A stretch of DNA of 64,000 nt from a virus (IMGVR_UViG_3300028030_000008:21700-85699), one strand, 5' to 3'; counted from the first letter of the stretch, positions 10,196-19,826 are shown. Program-made: numbers and translations. Notes: generated by a model not told the origin, from the sequence alone.

Positions 10196-10582
10196 TCAAA
10201 TAGCGTCTTGAGGAAAATGCCATTCTGACTTTGGCTTTCCCTGTCGCCAACATTCCCCATGCGCTGACCGCGATTTATTACTCGAATCGTAACCAGCAAA
10301 CACCGCATCATCTAAATCGTCACGCTCGATTAACTCGCCACAAATTCGACACGGTTCGTTGACATACATTGATCTTGCAAATAATTGCACCTTACCGCTC
10401 AGTACAGCTTGCTTAATACACTTATCGCATTGCCACCCGTTTTTTGTTTTGCGCCATCCCTGACAACGGTAAAACGCCTCAGCGTCAGCCTTGTTATCAA
10501 ACTCAGAGTAATCTAACAAATTATCACAAGAGTAACACCATACAGAATATTGAATTGATTTATGGATTTTCCCGTCGCCCAT
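10196..10582 (-). CDS. Zinc-finger protein
   Basis: CxxC x3 plus HxxC. Confidence 0.6.
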   Translation of the reverse strand: MGDGKIHKSIQYSVWCYSCDNLLDYSEFDNKADAEAFYRCQGWRKTKNGWQCDKCIKQAVLSGKVQLFARSMYVNEPCRICGELIERDDLDDAVFAGYDSSNKSRSAHGECWRQGKPKSEWHFPQDAI

Positions 10583-10594
10583 GTCGCACTCCTG

Positions 10595-10720
10595 TTACCG
10601 CGCCAAATGAATGATGATAAACAGATTAAAAAACTTCACCGACACTTTCAAGCCAAGATTATCACGGCTAAAATAAAACCAAACGTAACGGGTTAAATGA
10701 GTTGAAAAGTTAGTCATCAT
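10595..10720 (-). CDS. Small 41-aa ORF not in track
   Basis: AAAAGGAAAC-ATG; MMTNFSTHLTRYVWFYFSRDNLGLKVSVKFFNLFIIIHLAR. Confidence 0.45.
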   Translation of the reverse strand: MMTNFSTHLTRYVWFYFSRDNLGLKVSVKFFNLFIIIHLAR

Positions 10721-10732
10721 GTTTCCTTTTCT

Positions 10733-11500
10733 CTAAAAACCAGTGCCACAATAAAGGCTGCATTGTATTGACGGCTCGGTATCGTACCGCCCGGCATTAG
10801 GAGGTAGTTCGTCCAAAAATACACGTACCATTTTACCATCTTCGTATCTTTTACAGATGGCTACATCGAGCTCTCGTTCAACCTCGCTCATTGTCCAAAA
10901 GACATCTGGTTTTACTACTCTAATACGATTCCAATACCCCATCCCCCCCTTAACGCACCCTGCCTTAAGACAATTTGCGTTCTTGAAACCAATATCGTAT
11001 GCAGATGGCCTTTTTATACCCTCACGCAATAGCAATTCCTGACAATTAGGTTTTGATATACCCCTCTCGACAAGAGGACATTCAATGTTTACAAGCGGGT
11101 TATTTTGCTTAAATCTTTCTAGCCTGTCCTTTTCTTCTACGCTAAAACCAAATATCTGCAAATCCGTATCTACTTTCTCAAAAGCCAGCCTTGGCTTCTT
11201 CTTCATTTCAAGTGAGCATCTTGCTCCCATTGGCCCAACAAGGTAGCGAGTTTTTCTGTAAACATCTATGGTATCAGTGTATTTTGGATTTTTCAAAACA
11301 GTCACTTTGTGGTTTAGCCAGTTTTGCAAATCATCCATAAATCGCCAATTATCGTCATCCTCCGAGCCAGTATCACATATTGCTAATTCTATTGGATAAA
11401 TGTCTTTGTACTTCTCAATTGCAAGTTTAGCTGCTATAGAAGATGTTACCCCTGCCGAAACCCACACTACAACGCGCTCGATAGTCCTTGTATTTTCCAT
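10733..11500 (-). CDS. PAPS-reductase-like (PP-loop) phage protein
   Basis: VVVWVSAGVTS, DTGSEDDDNWRF, CSLEMKK, NANC..CVKGG.GYW, terminal CSLYC. Confidence 0.75.
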   Translation of the reverse strand: MENTRTIERVVVWVSAGVTSSIAAKLAIEKYKDIYPIELAICDTGSEDDDNWRFMDDLQNWLNHKVTVLKNPKYTDTIDVYRKTRYLVGPMGARCSLEMKKKPRLAFEKVDTDLQIFGFSVEEKDRLERFKQNNPLVNIECPLVERGISKPNCQELLLREGIKRPSAYDIGFKNANCLKAGCVKGGMGYWNRIRVVKPDVFWTMSEVERELDVAICKRYEDGKMVRVFLDELPPNAGRYDTEPSIQCSLYCGTGF

Positions 11501-11545
11501 ACCCTACTTCTCCTACCGTGATTGCCAATACAGGTATTATAGCAC

Positions 11546-11574
11546 ATCCATCATATATATGCAACTCTACACCC
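11546..11574 (-). promoter_or_regulatory. Sigma70-type promoter, leftward operon
   Basis: TTGCAT-17bp-TATAAT with TG on minus strand. Confidence 0.75.
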
Positions 11575-11918
11575 CAGTATATTAGCCCCAAATACACCAA
11601 CAATCAAGAGCATAAGCACACTTGCAGCAAGTAGAACGCATGCACCTTAAAAATTAGATATTCACATTAAACAACTTCTTTATCTTTATAAAAGGAAATG
11701 GCAGTAAAAGAAACTGCCAGCCGCGACGCGAAAGCCCCCTGCCCTGCTCAGTTATCTCTCTTTTGTTTTAGTAAGCTATGCGTTATATATGTTCTATTCG
11801 GGAATTGGGGATGGGATTATCGGGAAGGCAGTCGATAACGCTTCAAGTCGGCGCTGCTAATTCCGAGTAGGGTACTCTGCCAGTCAAAAACAAGGTACTC
11901 TAGTATACCTTTTCATCT

Positions 11919-12261
11919 TTGTGCATATCACACAACAAAGCAGAGTATTATATCTCATAATCATCATATCTTTGTGCATATCACACAAGAGGATTGACAC
12001 CTAAAAAGATTATACCCTTATTTGCACAATTGGTACTCTGGTACTAATCCTTTTGCTTGTCATAATGCCTTATTCTATGCACATTGCACAAATAAACCGG
12101 CTATTGTGTGGTATATCCAGGTCTTTTATAGTGCATACTGCACAAGTCAACATAATAAATGTCATAGTCAATTTGTGACAAAATTATGTCAATAGACATA
12201 ATGCACAAAAATAACCGGCTTATCCCCTATTTTGGCCTGGATTGTAGTGCAATCTGCACAA
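11919..12261. repeat. Array of 17-bp palindromic sites, approx TWGTGCAnnnTGCACAA
   Basis: Copies at 11919, 11972, 12075, 12129, 12245; half-sites ending 12029 and 12208. Confidence 0.8.
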
Positions 12262-12294
12262 AAAAATTCGTTGAAATTAGTGACATTTGTCATC

Positions 12295-12323
12295 TTGAAA
12301 CTATGACACAAAATGTGTATAAT
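12295..12323 (+). promoter_or_regulatory. Sigma70-type promoter, early region
   Basis: TTGAAA-17bp-TATAAT with TG. Confidence 0.8.
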
Positions 12324-12380
12324 CTAAGGTATAGAAAATATGTGCAGCCAAATTTTATTCACCTAAAAAAGGAGACAAAA

Positions 12381-13145
12381 ATGAACATCCAAAATGAAGC
12401 AGTAAAAAAACTATCTGACAATAGCCGGAAGCAGTTAGTCGGGTACTTGGCTGAAATCGCCATGCGCCCGGAAGTCCTTACCCTGCTTAACCGCATGGCA
12501 AGCGCAAAGGCCGACGCCGCCAAAGTAATTCAGCAGGCGCAAGAAGACGCGCAAAAAGCCATTCAGGAATTCCTGCCGACTTACACGCAAGACATTCCCG
12601 GCAATGCGGCAAAGATGGCAGAACTTAGCCAGGCGGTAGTTGACGCCCAAAACCTTAAGCCCAGCGACCTACTGAACGGCTTAAAAGGTACGCTTTCTGG
12701 CAATGGCGCTTTTGTGGAAGTATCCACTCAGTATTTTGGGCGGGCGCCGATTGAACGTGCTAAAAAGTTGGATTATGTTGTGTCCTACTACAACACTAAG
12801 AGTAATAAAGGCTTTACCTTTGAACCCCTTGTTGATGACAAAGGGGAATTGACTGGCAAGGTGAAAATTTCCCAACTTGAACGTGTCAAGGATGGGAAGG
12901 TTAATTCCTGGAAATGGGTACATATTGCCGAAGTCAACAGCGACTCTTTCCGCAAACTGGTTGAAAAACACTGGGAGCTTTTGGGCATTACCGACCTGTT
13001 TGAAAGCGCCGCCGCGTTCAATAGAGACGGATTCGGACGTACCAGCGCCAAAAAGGACATTAGCCCTAATGCGCTGGTTGCTCAAGCCAACGGCGTATAC
13101 TGTGACAGAAACAACGTCTTGCCCAAACTTTTGAAGCGCATTTAA
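12381..13145 (+). CDS. First early gene, hypothetical
   Basis: AAAGGAG RBS before ATG 12381. Confidence 0.75.
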   Translation: MNIQNEAVKKLSDNSRKQLVGYLAEIAMRPEVLTLLNRMASAKADAAKVIQQAQEDAQKAIQEFLPTYTQDIPGNAAKMAELSQAVVDAQNLKPSDLLNGLKGTLSGNGAFVEVSTQYFGRAPIERAKKLDYVVSYYNTKSNKGFTFEPLVDDKGELTGKVKISQLERVKDGKVNSWKWVHIAEVNSDSFRKLVEKHWELLGITDLFESAAAFNRDGFGRTSAKKDISPNALVAQANGVYCDRNNVLPKLLKRI

Positions 13146-13236
13146 CCGGTTGTTTTCTAATGCTTGCTCACTAGCCGTCATTTAACCTTGCTAGTGGGCA
13201 ACAATTAGCAAATAACTCAAAAAAGGAGAAAGAACA

Positions 13237-13515
13237 ATGACATTTACAGCGCAAAACAAATCAGCAACAAAACAATTGACGTTACTGTACGGGCAACCAA
13301 CCCGTACTAAGACCATAGGTGATTATCATGAAGTTGTCTACAATCACAACATGAGCAAAACTTATCCGACTCGGTATATTGAAGTCGGGGTATGGGAAGG
13401 GATAGAACGACTTCCCATAAAAGAGGAAAAACGTATCTTGATTGAAAAGCACAACTATAACGATTTCGTGAACGAATATGAAATGTTTAACTTGCTTCAA
13501 GTTTGGAATGAATAA
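13237..13515 (+). CDS. Early hypothetical protein
   Basis: AAAGGAG RBS. Confidence 0.65.
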   Translation: MTFTAQNKSATKQLTLLYGQPTRTKTIGDYHEVVYNHNMSKTYPTRYIEVGVWEGIERLPIKEEKRILIEKHNYNDFVNEYEMFNLLQVWNE

Positions 13516-13653
13516 CCCGAAGCAAGCAGCCAAATAAAAAGCCACATGCCCCAGCATGTGGCTTCCCCTTGCTTCTCGTTTTTTTGGGCGGCAAGGGGAA
13601 GGCCATATACTCATGGCCGCCTATACGAGCGACTTACTCAAAAGGAGCTAAAA

Positions 13654-13818
13654 ATGAAAGTCACAAAAATGAAAACTATCTGGAAAAAAGGCGACGGCGG
13701 CAATAAGTTACGGAAAGTACTTGAAGACAACTTAGAAAAGTCTGTTGTCGCCCATGTTCCCCTTTATTTAGGGGATATGCTAATAGGAGAGGATGAAGAC
13801 GCCCTCTTGCAAGAATGA
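13654..13818 (+). CDS. Early small protein
   Basis: AAAGGAG RBS before ATG 13654. Confidence 0.55.
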   Translation: MKVTKMKTIWKKGDGGNKLRKVLEDNLEKSVVAHVPLYLGDMLIGEDEDALLQE

Positions 13819-14309
13819 CATGGCGATTTTTCTGACTATTTGACGATCTCTCCCTCAAGGGACGGCGCAAGAGCCGTTTTTGACGCCCACAGCATCGGGA
13901 GCATCACGCAGGATGAAAGCGGCGGTAAAATGCACTTCATCCTTATCGGTGACTATAAGGGATGGGAAGAAGAATTTTATCCAAAAGAAAAAACATGCGC
14001 CGATTGCGCCATCCCCTCGCTATACAAAAACGGGGAAAGTATTTGCGCTATCTGCAAGGACATGGACAAGTTTATAGAACTTCGCTAAAAATGCATGGCC
14101 GCGCGATTCCGGGGGAAATCCGGGGAATCGCGGTTTTGAAAAGTGCATGCCCGCCTTTCGGCCAAAAACTTGGCGACGGCTGACTTAGTTGACGATGACT
14201 ACCACAATACCATTAAAAAAGCAGCCATTGAAAAATGCTTTACCGATCCGGCGGCCATTTACGGCAGGCAATACGCTTCCTGGAAAGTTTGGTGGAATCC
14301 CGGAAGTAA

Positions 14310-14588
14310 CTAACCAAAAAACTCTGATAAGTCATCCAGCAACCCAGGATACCGACTTATCAGAGTTTCTCTTAAAGCCGCCATATTTTGCTCATGAGCG
14401 GCCAATTCTTCGCAGCAATCATCTTCAATTACTCGCTTTACTTGTGGTTGCTGATTACTTAGCAATTCCTTATACAACGGCGAGTTTTTAGCAATACTAA
14501 AATGAACACGGCAAGCCGGGCGGCAAAACCTGGAACGGCTTGTCTTTGCTTCATAAACTTTACCACAATAATCACATTGGCGTTTCAT
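14310..14588 (-). CDS. Small zinc-finger DNA-binding protein, antisense to early operon
   Basis: CDYCG..SRFCRPACR; AAGGAGG RBS. Confidence 0.7.
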   Translation of the reverse strand: MKRQCDYCGKVYEAKTSRSRFCRPACRVHFSIAKNSPLYKELLSNQQPQVKRVIEDDCCEELAAHEQNMAALRETLISRYPGLLDDLSEFFG

Positions 14589-14694
14589 TTTACCCTCCTT
14601 TCTTGCGTTATAACGATAAGTGTAGTACCATTACTACGGAACGCAGTTACCATTATAACGATACTTTTGAAACAAGCAAATTTACGCTCTGTTT

Positions 14695-14764
14695 CCCGCT
14701 AGGCTGGAAGAGTCTGGCGAAACTAGACGCCGAAAGATAACGGTTCGATTCCGTTATTGGCGGG
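14695..14764 (+). ncRNA. tRNA-like T-arm module
   Basis: CCCGCTA/TGGCGGG stem enclosing ATAACGG-TTCGATT-CCGTTAT. Confidence 0.5.
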
Positions 14765-14812
14765 CAATAGCGCGTAAGTTGGGCGCTAAAACTAATTAAA
14801 AGGAGAAAAACA

Positions 14813-15040
14813 ATGTCAAAAACACTCAGATTAAACGCGAACGCAGGCGTAAATATCATAAGATGCCCCGTTGTGAACAAAAGAGGGGAGCGCTGTTTCG
14901 GCCACCAACACGTTCGCATTAGCCTAGAAGAACTGGCTAAAATACGGCACGGCAACGAGAAAGTCGTAACAGCTAACTTCTCTTGCAATCACAAAGGCGT
15001 CAAAAAAATCGTGCTGTTTCGTCGGCCCGCGTGGAAGTAA
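14813..15040 (+). CDS. Early small Cys/His protein
   Basis: AAAGGAG RBS. Confidence 0.6.
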   Translation: MSKTLRLNANAGVNIIRCPVVNKRGERCFGHQHVRISLEELAKIRHGNEKVVTANFSCNHKGVKKIVLFRRPAWK

Positions 15041-15226
15041 TTTGGGATAAAATTTGGGATATTAGGAGAAAGGTACCATTTCCCACCGAAAGCCCCAAAA
15101 CAAGGCGAAAGTGGGGCAAAACGTGGGATAATAGGCCGTTTTTGGGGGTAAAGTGGGGGAAATAGTGGGACGGGGCGGAGTTTTCGGCAAATACAACCCT
15201 CTCAATATCCCAAATATCCCAAATTT
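15040..15226. repeat. Long imperfect inverted repeat with doubled ATTTGGGATA ends
   Basis: ATTTGGGATA x2 (15040-15063) vs TATCCCAAAT x2 (15204-15226) plus inner complementary G/C runs. Confidence 0.65.
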
Positions 15227-15297
15227 CGGCGACCATGCCGCGTTTCGGACATTATAAAATCAAAAAGTCATAAAATCAAAAAGTAAGGTGATAGATA

Positions 15298-15546
15298 ATG
15301 GACAAAAGAAATTTCAAAAAGATGATAAGCAACAAAAAAGCGCGGAAAGTATACGCGCTTGACGGCAATGAGTTATTCGCGGCTGCTGTGCGCTTAGGCG
15401 CTAAAGCGGCCGAAAGCGTCCAGGATAGCTTTGACGTGGAGTTGATTGACAATTACACATTAGTTGCCAACTATGACAAAAATACCGATAAGGTCATTGT
15501 CTCCTTCTGGGGAGACAATGGGGAAGTTATCGCCATTCAAAAGTAA
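15298..15546 (+). CDS. Early hypothetical protein
   Basis: AAGGTG RBS. Confidence 0.6.
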   Translation: MDKRNFKKMISNKKARKVYALDGNELFAAAVRLGAKAAESVQDSFDVELIDNYTLVANYDKNTDKVIVSFWGDNGEVIAIQK

Positions 15547-15575
15547 TTACATTGTAATTACACGAGGAGAGTACC

Positions 15576-16007
15576 ATGTTCAAAATAGGATACAACAAAA
15601 GCGGTAGTTTATTCGTGGATAAAGATGACGGGAACAGCGATGACGCCGTATTGGTTTTAACCAAGAAGCAATTAGTGCAATTACAGCAGTCTATTAACTT
15701 TGCGCTTAAAAGCCACCCGAATGTGAAGATATTTGACTTCGAGGGCGCGTATCGAAACTACCTTGTGCATAACATTAGCCTTAACTGGCCTCAAACGATT
15801 GAGTATTTGAGAGAATTTGACGAATTTTGCAATAAGACCTTCTTCTCAAAAGATGGCCTACGCCTAGCGATTAGACAGGCGCAAAAAAGAAGGAATTTCT
15901 ACGGCCTCGATTATACAAACAAAATATCGCGTATCAAAGGGCTGCGCGATGTCTACCCCCTCGGATTGATAGAAGCTAAATTCGTGGTAGAGATACTGTG
16001 GAGTTAA
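15576..16007 (+). CDS. Protein with C-terminal ribosomal L7/L12-CTD-like motif
   Basis: KISRIKGLRDVYPLGLIEAKFVVE. Confidence 0.55.
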   Translation: MFKIGYNKSGSLFVDKDDGNSDDAVLVLTKKQLVQLQQSINFALKSHPNVKIFDFEGAYRNYLVHNISLNWPQTIEYLREFDEFCNKTFFSKDGLRLAIRQAQKRRNFYGLDYTNKISRIKGLRDVYPLGLIEAKFVVEILWS

Positions 16008-16009
16008 AC

Positions 16010-16213
16010 ATGAAAGTCATAACATCGGCTAAACTGTTAAAAGAGCTTGAAAAGGCGGGCTTTATTACGTCTTTTCACCCAAAATATAAATACGTCAACG
16101 ATAACGCAGACCCGGACCCGTATAGAGTTTTCATGCACAAAGGGACTAAATACGAAGTCAACTATGTTGACGGATGTTTTTGTCCTTACGTGTTTCAGGT
16201 GGAGTCAAACTAA
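16010..16213 (+). CDS. Early small protein
   Basis: GGAG RBS; YVDGCFCPYV motif. Confidence 0.55.
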   Translation: MKVITSAKLLKELEKAGFITSFHPKYKYVNDNADPDPYRVFMHKGTKYEVNYVDGCFCPYVFQVESN

Positions 16214-16567
16214 ACGCTTTCTGGCAGTATCGCGTCACCTGCGTTAGTGGTGAGGGTAGCGAGCTATCGCCTCTAAATGAGACTGCGGTTTGTTTTACGC
16301 TTTCAGTCTATCTCTCGAAGGTAGATTGAGACTGTAGTACAAACTAAATAATATAAAGCTCACGCGAGCTGAGGAGGCAACACAGTCATCATCGGCGTAT
16401 CCACTCGAAAGAGACAAAGGGCTTGTAACCCGTTTGCGCGCTAAAGATGCTATTTTAATCTAAACCAGAAAGCGCCTCTATATGGGCGCAACGAAAGAGG
16501 TCGGCGCTATAGTAAATAGAGCCTCACTCGTTGCGCCACCTTCTTAATCAAAAAAGGACAAAATAGC

Positions 16568-16639
16568 ATGTTAATAGTTTTTGCAATCGCTTGTATTATC
16601 ATCGCCATTATAATCGCCGATGGCGAAAGCCCACTCTGA
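16568..16639 (+). CDS. 23-aa hydrophobic peptide not in track
   Basis: AAAGGA RBS; MLIVFAIACIIIAIIIADGESPL. Confidence 0.45.
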   Translation: MLIVFAIACIIIAIIIADGESPL

Positions 16640-16747
16640 AACTGAATGACATTTAACGAAACCGCGTTAATCAATACGGTTAATGCGGCTTTGTTAGACG
16701 TTATTCAAAACTTCCCTAACTTGGGGAACTTTCAAAAAGGAGACAAG

Positions 16748-17065
16748 ATGATAAATAAAACCAGAAAAGAAGCAATGGAAGACAAAATAGAACTCTGTGT
16801 TCAATTGCTCCACGAACGAAAACATATACACGAAAGAGTAAAAGACCAGTGGATATTCGCTACAAACTATTTTCGCGGTAGCTTTTATGCGTGGGGGGAA
16901 ACCGGGAAAAACGGCGAACCAGACTACTTTACACATGACGAATTGCGGCACATGGAAGCAGAAGCCGTAAAACGTCATAACGACAAATATGGCGCTCCGA
17001 TTGGTATAAACGTATTTCACTCGGAAACGTTCAATCGTCCGGCTCGCGTGAAACATTTCGCATAA
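16748..17065 (+). CDS. Early hypothetical protein
   Basis: AAAGGAG RBS before ATG 16748. Confidence 0.65.
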   Translation: MINKTRKEAMEDKIELCVQLLHERKHIHERVKDQWIFATNYFRGSFYAWGETGKNGEPDYFTHDELRHMEAEAVKRHNDKYGAPIGINVFHSETFNRPARVKHFA

Positions 17066-17091
17066 CCAACACAAAAAAGGAGACAAAAACA

Positions 17092-17475
17092 ATGAACGAA
17101 CCAAAAGTATCGATTCAAGTGAAAGTTCGGCAAAAGAATGACTACAGCGAGTGGGATGATATTCCCGTTCTCGCCTCTGCCCTCATCGAAGACAGCGACA
17201 AGAGCGGAGACGGGTACGCCAAATTCATTCTTGAAACAAGCGGCGGTGTAGAAGCCCGATGGAATAAGGTCGGCGACTCAAAAGGCCACCATGTCAGAAA
17301 GGAAGGGTATTATCCGTTCTGGCAAATTCAGATCGACAGCCAAACTATCGGCCCTCCCATGATGAAAAGTTTAGCCGAGGAATGGCTCGAAAGCCTGCAA
17401 CGGTGGATTAAGGCTGACAAGCTGCGAAAAAACACCAGAAGTACCATTAAGATTGTCCCGACGGAGGTGATATAA
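17092..17475 (+). CDS. Early hypothetical protein
   Basis: AAAGGAG RBS. Confidence 0.65.
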   Translation: MNEPKVSIQVKVRQKNDYSEWDDIPVLASALIEDSDKSGDGYAKFILETSGGVEARWNKVGDSKGHHVRKEGYYPFWQIQIDSQTIGPPMMKSLAEEWLESLQRWIKADKLRKNTRSTIKIVPTEVI

Positions 17476-18095
17476 TGAGAACAATAAATCAAGGCGACTA
17501 CAGTAACGAACTAAGGAAGCTCGGTATAAACATGCTTTCTGGTGAAGGCTGCAATATGGGTACTCGAATTGACACCGATGTTTCCCCTACGGCAGCCCCC
17601 TTTGTAGAAGAATACCTCGGTGGTATGAAACTAACCCATTCCGGCTTTAACGGGTGGGGTGTAGACGAGTTCGGCAAATATCATGTCAACAGGATGTCCG
17701 CCTATCACTACGTGAACGACAAGTTTGTCAAACGCGATGGCTGGTCAACAGAAGACGGCTATTGCTTCAAACTACCCCGCAGCATGATTGACGAATTACT
17801 CATTTTCCTGCTACTGAAACAGAATGAGCATGTTGTCTATGTGCCAGCCGACGGGAAACCAGGATTTGCCATCGGTGGATTTATTCTTGTTATGAGCGAC
17901 GATGAATACTCCATGTTTCGTGGAGGATTAGACTATGACGGTAATTACGCTGACGGTGTTGGGCTACCTAAACCAAAACGCGCCGGGCATGTAATGCGGA
18001 TACAGTCGGATAGATACGACTTGTACTGGCGACACTTTGAAGGCCAAGACGCCTCTGCTAACCGTCACGCTTTTTCTGGCAAAATGATTGCGTAA
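17475..18095 (+). CDS. Early hypothetical protein
   Basis: GGAGG RBS. Confidence 0.65.
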   Translation: MRTINQGDYSNELRKLGINMLSGEGCNMGTRIDTDVSPTAAPFVEEYLGGMKLTHSGFNGWGVDEFGKYHVNRMSAYHYVNDKFVKRDGWSTEDGYCFKLPRSMIDELLIFLLLKQNEHVVYVPADGKPGFAIGGFILVMSDDEYSMFRGGLDYDGNYADGVGLPKPKRAGHVMRIQSDRYDLYWRHFEGQDASANRHAFSGKMIA

Positions 18096-18105
18096 GGAGA
18101 AGAAA

Positions 18106-18411
18106 ATGATAAGCAGAAACCCGAAAGACTTAACCCTTGTTGTAGATGTACCAGAACAAAAGCAACTGTCGTCTAATCTACGAAACGGCTGGATAACAAC
18201 AGCCGGTATCGGCGCAAAAATTTGGGATAAAGATGTAACCGAAATTTACGCCATTACCAGCAAGGGAGATATAGCGACTGGAAACATTCGTGTCCCGCAA
18301 GACGAACTTGTTGAGTTTTGCTGGCGCGTCCTAGAAGAAACTGGGGAAATTCCGCCTATGGCAGAAACAATCGCAAATATCCTAAAGGAGCGTAAACATG
18401 AATCAAGTTGA
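18106..18411 (+). CDS. Early hypothetical protein
   Basis: AAGGAG RBS. Confidence 0.6.
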   Translation: MISRNPKDLTLVVDVPEQKQLSSNLRNGWITTAGIGAKIWDKDVTEIYAITSKGDIATGNIRVPQDELVEFCWRVLEETGEIPPMAETIANILKERKHESS

Positions 18412-18589
18412 ATTAGCTTTAGCGGTTTTAGCCGCTCGCATGGGTGAAAAGGAAAAAACCCTGTTCAATCGCTCAGGCGTCGGTATCAACACGCGCACAA
18501 AGCGTAGTGTAAGTCAACGTCGGTGCAAAAACAAACAGCGCAAGCAAGCGCGAGCGATTAACCGTAAGCGAGGCCAGAAGATGAAATAA
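18398..18589 (+). CDS. Small basic protein
   Basis: K/R-rich C-terminus, AAGGAG RBS. Confidence 0.55.
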   Translation: MNQVELALAVLAARMGEKEKTLFNRSGVGINTRTKRSVSQRRCKNKQRKQARAINRKRGQKMK

Positions 18590-18713
18590 CACTAAACGCA
18601 ATCCAATAATTAAATAGTGGGGACTGGTCATCCCCACCCTAACCCAACCGAGGCCGGTGGCAAGTCCGGGAAAATGGGGAGCCGGGTAAATTAACCACAA
18701 AAAGGAGAAAACG

Positions 18714-19118
18714 ATGGATAAACAAAAAGAAGCGATACTACTGGTAGAAGGATGGGGCAAGCAATACATTGATGCCCTGCTATCAAACAAAGTAGATGAG
18801 TACGGGATAATCACTTCGCCCGGAAAGTTTGAAGGCGAACACTTCATTGTAAAATTCTTCTGGGATGTTAGCTTGGAAGGTGTAGCCGACGAAGAAATAT
18901 ACGATGTAGACACCCAATACTTCGTTTTTGAGTTGGCAGAGTGGGAAAGCCTTATACCGGGAATTGTATACGGCCTAGACGAGTACAGCGAAGAATTATG
19001 GCTCGTCCTCTGGGAGGACGACAACGGCTTTATCAATTCGTACTGGCCCACAGAGAGCGCCCTAAACGACTTACGGGAAGGCGCTCAAAAAGAAGCAGAG
19101 GAGGCGCAAGATGAGTAA
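18714..19118 (+). CDS. Highly acidic early protein
   Basis: About 33 D/E vs 8 K/R in 134 aa. Confidence 0.65.
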   Translation: MDKQKEAILLVEGWGKQYIDALLSNKVDEYGIITSPGKFEGEHFIVKFFWDVSLEGVADEEIYDVDTQYFVFELAEWESLIPGIVYGLDEYSEELWLVLWEDDNGFINSYWPTESALNDLREGAQKEAEEAQDE

Positions 19119-19566
19119 AGACGGCCCGAAGTATTTAGACGAATTATCCGCGAACGGCACAGTGTGCCCAATTTGCGGAAGCGATAACGACGATTTGAGC
19201 TTTACTACAATTACTTACGAAAGCGCAGACGTTGCATTTGAAAAAGTTCACTGCGATAGATGCGGCTCAAAGTGGAACTCGGTTTGGAGTCCCGTTGCAT
19301 TGACTGAGTTTAAACCCAATGTAGAAATTCGGGATAACGGCGGTGTAACATTTGACCGCTACACTATTATTTACCCAGATGGAAGCTATGTTGCCGCAAG
19401 TGTAAACCCAACTCACCCGCAAGGCTTTTGGCAACATGGCGAGGGTTTGGAAATCGGTGGCGACAATCACCATCTCGGTAAGTTAATCACGTTTAGCGAA
19501 TTGCCTGATGTTTGCCAGCGTCTCGTAATTCAAGAATTACAATCAGAATTTCAAGGAGAAGAATAA
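19111..19566 (+). CDS. Zn-ribbon + DNGG.T.DRYT-motif phage protein
   Basis: CPICGS..CDRCG; DNGGVTFDRYTI. Confidence 0.6.
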   Translation: MSKDGPKYLDELSANGTVCPICGSDNDDLSFTTITYESADVAFEKVHCDRCGSKWNSVWSPVALTEFKPNVEIRDNGGVTFDRYTIIYPDGSYVAASVNPTHPQGFWQHGEGLEIGGDNHHLGKLITFSELPDVCQRLVIQELQSEFQGEE

Positions 19567-19826
19567 TGGTACACACAATAGTAACGAATAGCGCAATGAC
19601 GTATCACTCAACAGTCGTGGCGAGAATAGAAGATGGTAAAGTCATCCTCAACACGGGTGGATGGGAAACACCAACAACAAAGAAGCGCATGAACCAATTC
19701 GCCGAAATGATGGGGTTAAACTACACCGTTTTCCAAAAGGACTTTGAGTGGTTTGTTCAAGTTGGCAAAGACGATCCGATACCTTTTGACGGCAACACAG
19801 TTAAATTCGAGGTGCGCTATGGATGA
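19566..19826 (+). CDS. Conserved phage early protein
   Basis: YHST.VA..LNTGGW.TPTTKKRMNQ motif. Confidence 0.65.
   Translation: MVHTIVTNSAMTYHSTVVARIEDGKVILNTGGWETPTTKKRMNQFAEMMGLNYTVFQKDFEWFVQVGKDDPIPFDGNTVKFEVRYG

Noticed and set aside
10595-10720. Possible minus-strand attC (ATGATGACTAAC ... GTTTATCATCAT)
   Set aside because: L boxes pair poorly and the segment reads as a 41-aa ORF with an RBS
12186-12380. N-terminal extensions in the ORF track (also 23936, 26765, 47737)
   Set aside because: They run through promoters, attC sites or upstream genes; downstream starts have better RBS or coupling
16369-16410. Hammerhead ribozyme (CTGAGGA ... GAAA); similar at about 14704 and 24935
   Set aside because: Stem II and the cleavage-site stems cannot be formed convincingly
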